The notes under the pieces: model-generated
Database searches by the model: none
Seen by the model: only the letters and a program-made list of their open reading frames with translations
Told to the model about the DNA's origin: nothing
Virus record (IMG/VR): IMGVR_UViG_3300044470_000064
Coordinates: 1-52,491 of that record
Length of the DNA stretch: 52,491 nucleotides
Reading direction: 5' to 3' (one strand)
Origin: a virus
Lineage: Duplodnaviria > Caudoviricetes
In this document: positions 35,923-44,584 of the stretch, piece after piece
Layout of the letters: each line of letters opens with the position of its first letter
Numbering within the stretch: position 1 is the stretch's first letter
Position numbers and translations under genes: made by a program

Positions 35923-36685
35923 GCTAAACCTCGGGTGCGGGCCTGCCCCAATGGAGGGTTGGGACAATCTCGACGTGGACCCGGACATAGCTGGACTGAC
36001 GTATTGCCAGTCGGCGGTCGATCTCCCTGCGGTTCAAGCTGAAGTCCACGAAGGCCGAAGGATGAGCGACCTCGTCGTGGTTGCCGCCCACGGCTCCGAG
36101 CACATCGGCCCGTGCCTGGCGTCCCTGGGAGATCGTTACCCGATCCTGGTAGTGGACACGGCAAGCCCCGAACCGATCGTGGTCCCGGAAGGGGTGCAGC
36201 TACACCGCATGCCTTATGAGACCTATCAAACGGGCGCCTACCTCTGGGCCTACGAGAACACCGACGCCGACAACCTGATGTTCTTGCAAGATTCACTCCG
36301 CGCCCTTAGCCCCGACTACGTCGAGCCGTTCCGGGCAGGGCTGCCCGAAAGAGGCTGCGCGGCGTGGGCGATCTACTTCTCCAAGGCCAGCGTCAATCTG
36401 GACTTCGGTCAGCACTGGTTCTCGCCGCCATACAACCCGACCTTCGGGATCTTCGGCAGCATCTTCTACACCAGTCGATCCAGCCTGGACGAGTTGGCCG
36501 CACGGCACCTGTTCCCGCCGGTACCCCGCAGGAAGATCCACGACATGCAGAACGAGTGGATGTGGTCGTGGGCTTTCCACGAGGCGGAGATGGAGGTCCG
36601 GACGATCGGCGGCGAGTGGCGCCACCAGGACATGATGGACGGCAAGTTTCCTATTTTCTCCAAGGTGTGGGCCAATCGCCAGTGA
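35912..36685 (+). CDS. GT2-like glycosyltransferase with an N-terminal methyltransferase remnant
   Basis: RLNLGCG..PMEGWDNLD then MSDLVVV..H...CL.SL....ILVVD...FLQDS. Confidence 0.6.
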   Translation: MSSRLNLGCGPAPMEGWDNLDVDPDIAGLTYCQSAVDLPAVQAEVHEGRRMSDLVVVAAHGSEHIGPCLASLGDRYPILVVDTASPEPIVVPEGVQLHRMPYETYQTGAYLWAYENTDADNLMFLQDSLRALSPDYVEPFRAGLPERGCAAWAIYFSKASVNLDFGQHWFSPPYNPTFGIFGSIFYTSRSSLDELAARHLFPPVPRRKIHDMQNEWMWSWAFHEAEMEVRTIGGEWRHQDMMDGKFPIFSKVWANRQ

Positions 36686-37206
36686 TTGTCCTGCCGTACA
36701 CCCACATCTCCCCCGGCGTGAGAGAAGCACTCACGGCTACGGGTCGGGAGTGGCGAGAGGTGGACGTCAGCGGGTCTGACACCGCCTACTGGGAACTCCT
36801 GCGCGACCTCTGGGCCGAGGGGAAGACGTTCTACAGCGTGGAGCACGACGTCATCGTGCGGCCCGACACGTTCGCGGATCTGGAAGCCTGCCCCGAGCCC
36901 TGGTGTGGGTTCCTCCTGCCCTACCTGGGCGGCGAGTACCCCGGCATGGGGTGCGTGAAGTTCACCGATAGCATCATCGCCGCCGTCCCCGATGCCCTGA
37001 TTCAGTCGGGCCGGATGAGCAACGGCAACCACCCCCCCGGCCACTGGTGCTCACACGACCACTTCCTCCAGATGGTGGTCCTCCCCGCTGCAGTGGGGCA
37101 TTACAAGCACGTCCATGGGCCGGCACTGGGACACTATCGCGAGTACGAGGGCCTGCCCCAGCCGAGCCACGGGTGCGTCGGCTCTCGCATGAAGGAGACT
37201 GCGTGA
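36682..37206 (+). CDS. Glycosyltransferase-like protein (paralog of 31829-32461)
   Basis: VEHDV, ACPEPWC, MGCVKF. Confidence 0.55.
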   Translation: MIVLPYTHISPGVREALTATGREWREVDVSGSDTAYWELLRDLWAEGKTFYSVEHDVIVRPDTFADLEACPEPWCGFLLPYLGGEYPGMGCVKFTDSIIAAVPDALIQSGRMSNGNHPPGHWCSHDHFLQMVVLPAAVGHYKHVHGPALGHYREYEGLPQPSHGCVGSRMKETA

Positions 37207-38096
37207 CGCCCGCCATCTTCACAAATCCCAACACGACAAGCCATCCCACCGTCGTGCCCTACGTCTCGGTGGACGACTACACGAACGCGCCGACCTCGGT
37301 GGACACGTCGCAGCTTATCCCCGGCGGGACAGCGCAAGCCAACCTCGTCGAGCTAGGCAACGTGATCCGGCGCGCATCGTCATGGGCCGACAACCTCTGC
37401 TTCCAGATCCTCGCCGCGACGCTAGACACGCAGTCTACCCCCGGCGCCGTGTTGGTGAAGGAGGACGGGCTTATCCAACTTGTCTGTGACTTCTGGCCCG
37501 TGCTAGAGGTGGACAGCCTCTCCGTGGGTACCCGCCCCTCAACGCTCGGCGCCCTCATGGACGACGCGGACATGTGGCCCGTGGGTCGCTCGGTCATCGA
37601 GGCTCGTGTCCTTGGCGTCGGTGGAGCGTACCCCGGCAGCCGCGTCTACGCTCAGTGGACCTACTGGAACGGTTGGCTACACGCCACCCTTTTGTCCAGC
37701 GTCGGCGCTGCGGTGCAGTCCCTCCCGCTGAGCACCACGCTCCCCGCCGCCGCTGCCAACCAGACGCTCATCATCTGGGACGGGGCGGACACCGAGGCGG
37801 TGACCGTGTCGGCCACGTTCACGGGCGGCACCTTGCTCCCCCTGACCGCGCCGACGCTCTACGCTCACGCGAACGTCACCCTGCCTCACTCCACATGTGT
37901 CTCGGGGTTGGAGGACGCTGCCCGGCAGGCGGTGTTCTCCCTGACCTCGTGCCTCATCAAGGTGCGCGGGACGCAGGCCATCGTGGCACCGAGCATCGGC
38001 GCGGCACCGAGCCGCGAGGCGCTCATTGAGAGCGGCGGGTTGGAAGATTTTCAGGTGGCCGTGGACCTGCTCGACCGATACAAGCGGGTCGCCTAG
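37203..38096 (+). CDS. Head-tail adaptor/connector
   Basis: PYVS...Y, L...IRRASSWADN.C, LLDRYKR C-terminus; position. Confidence 0.7.
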   Translation: MTPAIFTNPNTTSHPTVVPYVSVDDYTNAPTSVDTSQLIPGGTAQANLVELGNVIRRASSWADNLCFQILAATLDTQSTPGAVLVKEDGLIQLVCDFWPVLEVDSLSVGTRPSTLGALMDDADMWPVGRSVIEARVLGVGGAYPGSRVYAQWTYWNGWLHATLLSSVGAAVQSLPLSTTLPAAAANQTLIIWDGADTEAVTVSATFTGGTLLPLTAPTLYAHANVTLPHSTCVSGLEDAARQAVFSLTSCLIKVRGTQAIVAPSIGAAPSREALIESGGLEDFQVAVDLLDRYKRVA

Positions 38097-38615
38097 ATGG
38101 CCAACCCCGGTCAGGCTGCCGCCCGTGCAGCGATCGTCAACTGGTTCACCGCCGCAAACATCCCCGGGCTGGCGGCGATCCACCGTTCCGTACCCAAGAT
38201 CATCAACGCGCAGGACTTCAACCTGTCGGCGGAGAACGGCTCGGGCTGCATCATCGTGGTGCATCTGACGGGGGCGAAAGAGAACCGCATCGCCATGGGC
38301 GGGGCCACGTTGGGCGAGAAGTTCAGCAAGTACGACATGGCGCTACAGGTCTACTTCCGCAGCGTCAAGACCGACGCTGAGGAGGCCCAGGACGACCAGG
38401 ATGCGGTGATCGACGCCATCTACGCTCGCTGGCGGGCCGATCGTAACTTCGGCACCGCCCCTGCCAAGTGGAACGGTACCAACGCCACCGTCTGGCAGGC
38501 TGGTGAAGGATCAGCGGGGATCACGTACGAGCAGGCCGAGCTGGTCCAAGACGGCCAGACGTCCTGTATCGACGCCGTGGTCCGCGGCGAAGTCTGGCTC
38601 TACATAGCAGCGTGA
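38097..38615 (+). CDS. Tail terminator/completion protein
   Basis: Position before the tail tube; D.VIDAI...RAD..G pattern. Confidence 0.6.
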   Translation: MANPGQAAARAAIVNWFTAANIPGLAAIHRSVPKIINAQDFNLSAENGSGCIIVVHLTGAKENRIAMGGATLGEKFSKYDMALQVYFRSVKTDAEEAQDDQDAVIDAIYARWRADRNFGTAPAKWNGTNATVWQAGEGSAGITYEQAELVQDGQTSCIDAVVRGEVWLYIAA

Positions 38616-38622
38616 GGACGAC

Positions 38623-38730
38623 ATGACATTGCGAACCAAGGCGGCGAAGAAGACCGCCAGCATCAAGAAGGCGGCCACGGCGAAGCGCGCCACCACCGCA
38701 ACCAAAGACCGGCGCACCGCCGCCAAATAG
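38623..38730 (+). CDS. Very basic 35-aa peptide
   Basis: MTLRTKAAKKTASIKKAATAKRATTATKDRRTAAK; GAGG SD; fills the gap exactly. Confidence 0.55.
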   Translation: MTLRTKAAKKTASIKKAATAKRATTATKDRRTAAK

Positions 38731-38739
38731 GAGGACACC

Positions 38740-39708
38740 ATGCCCTACCCTACCAGCCGCATTTGGCTCGGGGTCAGCGCGGCCGAGAACCCTCGGGGGA
38801 CCGCCGCTGCTCCCGCATACTTCATTCCGATCAAGTCTCCCGCATGGGAACCCCAGATCAACATGATGAAGGATTCAGGGCTCCGCGGCCAGATGAACGC
38901 GAACTACGATCAGGTCGCAGGACCGCGCTATGACAAGATGGGCTTTGACTGCGGCGTCTACGCCGACAGTTTCCCGGCGCTGGTTCGTGGTGCCTTGGGC
39001 TCGACGGACGGACTGGTCGGCACCACTGCGCCGTACAGCCACACCTTCGGTCTGCTCAACACCGGGACGGGGCAGCCCCCGTCGTACACCATCGTCTATT
39101 TCGACGGGTTGGACATGAACCAACTCGTCGCGTCTCAGGTTGACAGCCTCGTGGTCAAGTTCGATTCCGGCAGCCTCATGACTGCAACGGTGGCCTACGT
39201 CTGCAATGCCGCGGTCCCGATCACCACGGTCACCAACACCCCGACCGCACTCGAAGAGACGGCAGGCTGGCACTGCATCGTGAACGTCGGGGGCGTTCCC
39301 ATTACTCGTCTGGTGGACGGTGAGATCGACTACAAGCGCGGCACTAAGCCCATCCCGGCGATCACTGGACTGCCTGGGTACTACGCGAACTGGGCCGGAC
39401 CTCTGGATACTGCTGGCGGGAAGATCACAGTCATCATGGAGAGCGACGCCGAGCTGAACTACTTCCTCACCAACGCCAAGGGCACCGCGCTCGACCTGAA
39501 GTTCACCGACCCCGGGCTCAACACCATCGATTTCCACTTCTCCAACACGCTCTGGTCGTCTGGCAAGAAGAACCCTAGCAAGGACTGGGGCGAAGTTGAC
39601 CTGGAGTGGTGGGCACAGCCGAACAGCACTGACGTTGTGGCGGGTGGCGGCGGCGCGCTGGCCCCTGGCACCGTGACCATCACCAACGCTGTCTCAGCGG
39701 CTTACTGA
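38740..39708 (+). CDS. Major tail (tube) protein
   Basis: LG...E..RGT, D.GLRG, YSHTF, PSYTI, VDSL...F motifs; AGGAGG SD. Confidence 0.85.
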   Translation: MPYPTSRIWLGVSAAENPRGTAAAPAYFIPIKSPAWEPQINMMKDSGLRGQMNANYDQVAGPRYDKMGFDCGVYADSFPALVRGALGSTDGLVGTTAPYSHTFGLLNTGTGQPPSYTIVYFDGLDMNQLVASQVDSLVVKFDSGSLMTATVAYVCNAAVPITTVTNTPTALEETAGWHCIVNVGGVPITRLVDGEIDYKRGTKPIPAITGLPGYYANWAGPLDTAGGKITVIMESDAELNYFLTNAKGTALDLKFTDPGLNTIDFHFSNTLWSSGKKNPSKDWGEVDLEWWAQPNSTDVVAGGGGALAPGTVTITNAVSAAY

Positions 39709-39733
39709 GAAGCAACGGGAAGGGAGAGACATC

Positions 39734-40207
39734 ATGCGCCAAGAGACAATGCCAGATGGGGGTTGGGTCAGCCTGCGCGAGAAGGCGGACATGCGCGTCA
39801 AGCATCGCAGGGCCATCAACTCAGCGAGCATCCATGCCTTGCAGGCGATCCGCAAACTGCCGAGCAACCTGCCGACTGACGGCAAGGCGCTGACGGCCGC
39901 CGACCTCGAAAAGATCGACATGAACGATCTGAACCTCAGCGAAGAGGAGGCCGACGCGCTCCAGCGGGTGCAAGAAGCGGCCATCTGGGCGCAGCTTGCT
40001 GGGTGGTCGTATGACGAGCCGTTGCCTGTCACGTCCGCTGACGTGGGCGAGATGAACGGCGACAGGTACGACGCGCTCGCGGAGCTGACCCGTGGGCTGG
40101 CTGCGGACATCGTCAACGGCGTGGACTTCGCTCCGCCGAAGGAGGGTCCGATCAGCAAACCCGGAAACCCTACTGGGAGGCGCGCCGGCTCCGCAACGCG
40201 CTCCTAG
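39734..40207 (+). CDS. Tail assembly chaperone (short form)
   Basis: Between tail tube and tape measure genes. Confidence 0.75.
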   Translation: MRQETMPDGGWVSLREKADMRVKHRRAINSASIHALQAIRKLPSNLPTDGKALTAADLEKIDMNDLNLSEEEADALQRVQEAAIWAQLAGWSYDEPLPVTSADVGEMNGDRYDALAELTRGLAADIVNGVDFAPPKEGPISKPGNPTGRRAGSATRS

Positions 40208-40386
40208 GCTCTGGCGGGGACATCGACCCCGAGGTGTCGGTTCGGTACGACGAGTTCCGCGTCCGCAAGCTCCTCCACCTGACGCACGAGGAATACCTAG
40301 AGGAGCCGTTGGACACCGTGGACTGGACGCTGAAGTTCGCCCAGGTCGAGGCAGAAGCGGAGGCCGAGAAGAACAAGCGGGGGTGA
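40162..40386 (+). CDS. -1 frameshift extension of the tail assembly chaperone
   Basis: C GGA AAC slippery-like site at 40162-40168; -1 frame open as PYWEARRLRNALLGSGGDIDPEV...KNKRG. Confidence 0.65.
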   Translation, partial: RKPYWEARRLRNALLGSGGDIDPEVSVRYDEFRVRKLLHLTHEEYLEEPLDTVDWTLKFAQVEAEAEAEKNKRG

Positions 40387-40399
40387 TCCCATCGAAGGT

Positions 40400-40792
40400 G
40401 TGAGCGAGTTCGACGCGGCTATTCAGGTGCAGATCGAGGCATCGAGGGCTGCGGCAGAGCAGTTCGTGATGAAGGCGGGGCTGCTCGTGGTGGCAGCCTC
40501 GCAACGTCACGCATCGGGCCGTCCGGGTCCGAACGTAAAGAGCGGTTCGCATCGTAGGTCCTTCCACACCGAAGGCCCGAAGGACGCGAGCGCCGGCGTG
40601 GTCTACTCCGAATCTGGCCCGTCGATGATCTACTCCCGCCGGCTGGACCTCGGGTACATGAACATGACGGACAGCCTCGGCAGGTTGTACCACCAGGTTC
40701 CATACCCCGCGCTGGCTCCTGGCGTCAAGGATGCGACCGTTCCCATCTCTAACCTAGCCGAAGCCATGTTTGGCGCTGCATTGGGGGGTTGA
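40400..40792 (+). CDS. HK97 gp10-like tail completion protein
   Basis: GPNVKSGSHRRS, GP...Y.RRL.LG, PYPAL.PG. Confidence 0.7.
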   Translation: MSEFDAAIQVQIEASRAAAEQFVMKAGLLVVAASQRHASGRPGPNVKSGSHRRSFHTEGPKDASAGVVYSESGPSMIYSRRLDLGYMNMTDSLGRLYHQVPYPALAPGVKDATVPISNLAEAMFGAALGG

Positions 40793-40795
40793 TAG

Positions 40796-43180
40796 ATGGG
40801 CATGCTTCCCCCACTGATCCAGCAAATCCTGGCCGACACCACCGAGTACAACGCCAAGCTCACTGAGGTACAGGCGAAGGGCGAAGAGACCGCCGAATCC
40901 TCCGAGGCGTCTGCCGAAGAGACGGGCAACGCATGGGCGAAGGCGGGGCTAGTTGTCGGCGCTGCGGTGGTTGCCATCGGTGCGGTCGCGGTGGACCTCG
41001 CCATGAAGTACCAGTCGGCAACGGCCAACATTGCGGCCAACGCTGACATCTCAGTCGGCGCCGCCACCAAGATCACCAATGCATTCTTGGGGCAGGCGTT
41101 CCAGACGACGTTCTCTGCCCAGGCTACGGCCGCTGCCTACGCCGCCGTAGCGGGACAAATGGGTACCCTCAACGGTCAGGCGCTCACCGCCTCCCAGTCG
41201 CTTGCGTTCATGACACAGGCCCAGGACTTGGCGGAAGCCTCCGGGACGTCACTATCGTCGGCCACGTCTGACCTGTCCACGATTATGCAGGCGTACAAGG
41301 AGCCGCTCAGTGACGCGGCCAGCGTAACCAACGATCTCTTCAACGCCAGCCGAACCACCGGGGTTCCACTCGATTCTCTGACCACCACCATGCAGAGATT
41401 GCATACGCAACTGGGCGCGTCCGCCCCGTCCATACAGGACACCAGCGGCCTGTTGCTCGACATGGCGAATCACGGTGAGACTGGGCGCGGTGCGGTCTCT
41501 GCCCTCACGGGCGCCCTCAATGGGCTGATGACCCCCAGCGCGGCGGTGTCAGCAACCCAGCAGGCCCTCGGTATCTCATTCCAGAACGCTCAGGGTCAAC
41601 TGTTGCCTCTCAATCAGATCGTGGCCATCGCCGGGCAGTCCATCGCTGGGATGGGCCAAATGCAGGCGATTGCACAACTCAAGGCAGAGGGCTTCGGTAG
41701 CTCTGCGTCTAAGCTGTACGGCGTCATCCAGTCTGGTGCCGGCGTGTTGAGCACCGACGAGGGGTTGGTCAATAAGGTTGGATCGGCGCACCAGGCCGCG
41801 TCCGATAACGCCAACACGCTGAAGGGGTCGTTCGACAAGGTTACCAGCGGCGCTCAGGACTTGCTGACCAAACTCGGCCAGTCCCTTATCCCCATTCTGA
41901 CCGACGTGATGGGTGCCATCAGCGGTGTCATCGACTGGTTGGAACAGCACAAGACCGTCATGCTCATCCTAGCAGGGGTGATCGGTGGTATCGTGCTGAC
42001 CGTGTTGGGGGCGCTAGTTCTGGCCCTCGGCGGGGTGGCCCTCGGGTGGATCGCCGCGACGTGGCCGATCCTCGCGATCATTGCCGCCATCGCCCTCGTG
42101 GTGGGCGCTTTCGTTCTGCTCTACAACCACGTCACTGGGTTCCGGGATGCCGTCAACACCTTTGTGGGAATGGTCAAGGGAGCGTTTGCCGACGCCATCA
42201 ACTTCGTCAAGCAGATCGTCGGTGATATCGCTGGATGGATCAGTGACAACTGGAACACCATCAAGACGGTCACGACTGACGTTTGGGACGTGATCTCCGA
42301 CATCATCAAAGTGGCGTGGGACGTGATCTCCACCTACATCGGTGTGGAACTCACGGTTATGATCGCCGCGATCAAGATTGCGTGGGACATCGTCTCGACC
42401 GTCATCGGGACGGCCATCACCGTGATTATCGCCGTGATCAAGGTGCTGGTCGCCATCATCGAGACCATCGTCGGCGTGGTTCAGGCTATGGTGTCGGGTG
42501 TCTCGGCAGTGATCTCCACCCTGATCGGGGTGTGGCAGAACGTGACCACCGGGATCAGCAACTTCATCAGCGGCGCGGTGGCCTTCTTTACCGGGTTGCC
42601 CGGCAAGATCATGGGGGCGATCTCAGGGATCTACAAAACGGTTGGCGGGTTCCTGTCGGGCGTGTGGAATACGATCACCTCCGACGTGTCCAAATTCATC
42701 GGCGGGATCGTCAACTTCTTCATCGACCTCCCCGGCAAGATCGCGAGCGCTATGGGTTCGATGGTGTCCGCGGTGCTCGCCAAGGTCAAGTCGGCTGCCA
42801 ACAGCATCCCCGTCATCGGCGGGGCTCTGTCGGCCATCGGGTTGGCGACGGGCGGCATCGTGACCAAGCCTACCCTTGCCCTCCTAGGCGAGACCGAGAC
42901 GGAGTACGTGCTCCCCGAGAGCCAGTTGAAGTCTGGCCGGGCGAGCGTCCAATCCCTCGCCGCCCTATCTGGGCAAGCGCCCGTTCGCTCCCTTGCGACC
43001 ACAGGGGGCTCTGGCGGGGGCGGTGGCGTCACCATCGGTCAACTAAGCATCCCTGTGACCGTCCCGCCAGGGACGACCCCTCAGATGGCCCAGAGCGTCG
43101 GCGCGGCCGTCCAGAACGCGGTCCAGACCGCCATGGCGCAGGTTGTGCGGCAACTCTCAGCGGGGGTGTACCACCCATGA
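40796..43180 (+). CDS. Tape measure protein
   Basis: Long Ala/Gly-rich helical protein, aromatic 11-residue periodicity, LATGGIVTKPTLALLGE motif. Confidence 0.92.
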   Translation: MGMLPPLIQQILADTTEYNAKLTEVQAKGEETAESSEASAEETGNAWAKAGLVVGAAVVAIGAVAVDLAMKYQSATANIAANADISVGAATKITNAFLGQAFQTTFSAQATAAAYAAVAGQMGTLNGQALTASQSLAFMTQAQDLAEASGTSLSSATSDLSTIMQAYKEPLSDAASVTNDLFNASRTTGVPLDSLTTTMQRLHTQLGASAPSIQDTSGLLLDMANHGETGRGAVSALTGALNGLMTPSAAVSATQQALGISFQNAQGQLLPLNQIVAIAGQSIAGMGQMQAIAQLKAEGFGSSASKLYGVIQSGAGVLSTDEGLVNKVGSAHQAASDNANTLKGSFDKVTSGAQDLLTKLGQSLIPILTDVMGAISGVIDWLEQHKTVMLILAGVIGGIVLTVLGALVLALGGVALGWIAATWPILAIIAAIALVVGAFVLLYNHVTGFRDAVNTFVGMVKGAFADAINFVKQIVGDIAGWISDNWNTIKTVTTDVWDVISDIIKVAWDVISTYIGVELTVMIAAIKIAWDIVSTVIGTAITVIIAVIKVLVAIIETIVGVVQAMVSGVSAVISTLIGVWQNVTTGISNFISGAVAFFTGLPGKIMGAISGIYKTVGGFLSGVWNTITSDVSKFIGGIVNFFIDLPGKIASAMGSMVSAVLAKVKSAANSIPVIGGALSAIGLATGGIVTKPTLALLGETETEYVLPESQLKSGRASVQSLAALSGQAPVRSLATTGGSGGGGGVTIGQLSIPVTVPPGTTPQMAQSVGAAVQNAVQTAMAQVVRQLSAGVYHP

Positions 43181-43644
43181 TCCCCACCCAACCAGTAGAC
43201 TACGCTCCGGAGTGCCCGAGCTGCCACATGGCCCTGTACCCGATCGTCCTCGACCCCGACAGCGCCCCGTGGTTCTGCGCCCGGTGCCGTCGGTCCTGGT
43301 GGGTGGCGGAGCTTCGGGAGCACGCAGCCTACCAGCCGATGCGTGACGACTTCGGCTTCGGCGAGGGGCAATGGGCGATCGACCGTGCCGTGGAGACGGA
43401 GCGCCAAGAGGCCCACGCTCGGGGGTCCTCCTGCCGTCCCGACCAACTCTCGCTCCTGTCCACCCAACTGGACTGGCTACAGGCCGCTCAGTCGGTGCTA
43501 GACCCCGAGTTCCACGCCCAGGTGATCCGCGAGGCTATCCGCAAAGGGACTGTTACCCAACCGTTACCGCCAACCATGGTCGAGCGCCTCCCGGTTAATG
43601 TACTCTCTACGGGTAGGGCAAAGACACGGAGGCCAGGATCATGA
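43177..43644 (+). CDS. Hypothetical Zn-ribbon protein
   Basis: CPSC...WFCARC; ATGA overlaps. Confidence 0.6.
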   Translation: MIPTQPVDYAPECPSCHMALYPIVLDPDSAPWFCARCRRSWWVAELREHAAYQPMRDDFGFGEGQWAIDRAVETERQEAHARGSSCRPDQLSLLSTQLDWLQAAQSVLDPEFHAQVIREAIRKGTVTQPLPPTMVERLPVNVLSTGRAKTRRPGS

Positions 43645-44501
43645 TTCGGAAGATCGCAGCGGCAGTCGGAATCTCGGCCGCCCTCGCGCTGGGTGCGGCG
43701 GGTGTCGCGTTTGCGGACGCCCAGCCCGTCGCCCAGATTTCGGAGGTCGCCAATGCTGACTGCACCTACACCGTCACGGCGTCGGTGGCCGGGTGGTCCT
43801 CCTCGGATTCCACAGAGTTCGGGGCGATGGTCGGCGAGGACGGTTCCGTGGTCCTCTCGGACACCGATCCTAACGCCGACTACGGTGGCCCCGTCCCCCT
43901 GAGCCAACTCGACCCGAGCGACATCTGGAGCACCACCACGGCGACCTCGTCGGATTGGTTCCGGGTCACGTTGTACGAATGGCCAGGTCCAGTGGCGATC
44001 CCCGGATCCACCGTTTCCTTGTGGCTCTCGGGCTATCAGTGCGTGGTGGCCACGCCAACCCCAGCGGCGACCGCACCGCCTACGGCCACCCCCGTTCCCA
44101 CAGCGGGGCCAACAGATACGCCCACGGCGACTGCGGTTCCCACAGCCCCGTCAGGTGACGCCACTGCGCACCCCACGGCTATCCCCGTTGGGACGGGCTC
44201 ACAGGGCGGCTCTAGCGGCTCAGGGGGCTCTCAGGGGCAGGGACGGGCAACTCTGCCCCCTACGGGTTCGGCGTCCTCTACGGCCACACCAGGGGCAGCA
44301 CCAACCGATACGCCATCGGCTACGGCTTCCCCCACGGACACCCCCAGCCCCACGCCTGACGCCGGGCTGGCCCCGGCCTCCGCTCACACTCCTACCTCGG
44401 GCGGCGATGGGCTGCTGCTCATCCTGTTGGTAGCGGCGTTCTTCGTGGTCTGCGGGGCGGCTGCCTTCGGCGGTGCCTACCTGCGGCGTCGTAGCACCTA
44501 A
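43641..44501 (+). CDS. Secreted, C-terminally membrane-anchored Pro/Thr-rich protein (moron-like)
   Basis: Signal peptide, small beta domain, PT linker, TM helix and RRRST tail; followed by a terminator. Confidence 0.75.
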   Translation: MIRKIAAAVGISAALALGAAGVAFADAQPVAQISEVANADCTYTVTASVAGWSSSDSTEFGAMVGEDGSVVLSDTDPNADYGGPVPLSQLDPSDIWSTTTATSSDWFRVTLYEWPGPVAIPGSTVSLWLSGYQCVVATPTPAATAPPTATPVPTAGPTDTPTATAVPTAPSGDATAHPTAIPVGTGSQGGSSGSGGSQGQGRATLPPTGSASSTATPGAAPTDTPSATASPTDTPSPTPDAGLAPASAHTPTSGGDGLLLILLVAAFFVVCGAAAFGGAYLRRRST

Positions 44502-44520
44502 CCCTTTCGGCCCTCCGTAA

Positions 44521-44555
44521 AAGGCCCCGGTCCCCCGCAAGGGGTCGGGGCTTTT
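44521..44555 (+). terminator. Intrinsic terminator
   Basis: GCCCCGgtCCCC-cgcaa-GGGGtCGGGGC stem-loop followed by TTTT and preceded by an A run. Confidence 0.75.
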
Positions 44556-44584
44556 CTGTGCCCAACCCAAGGGAGGATTGCTCT

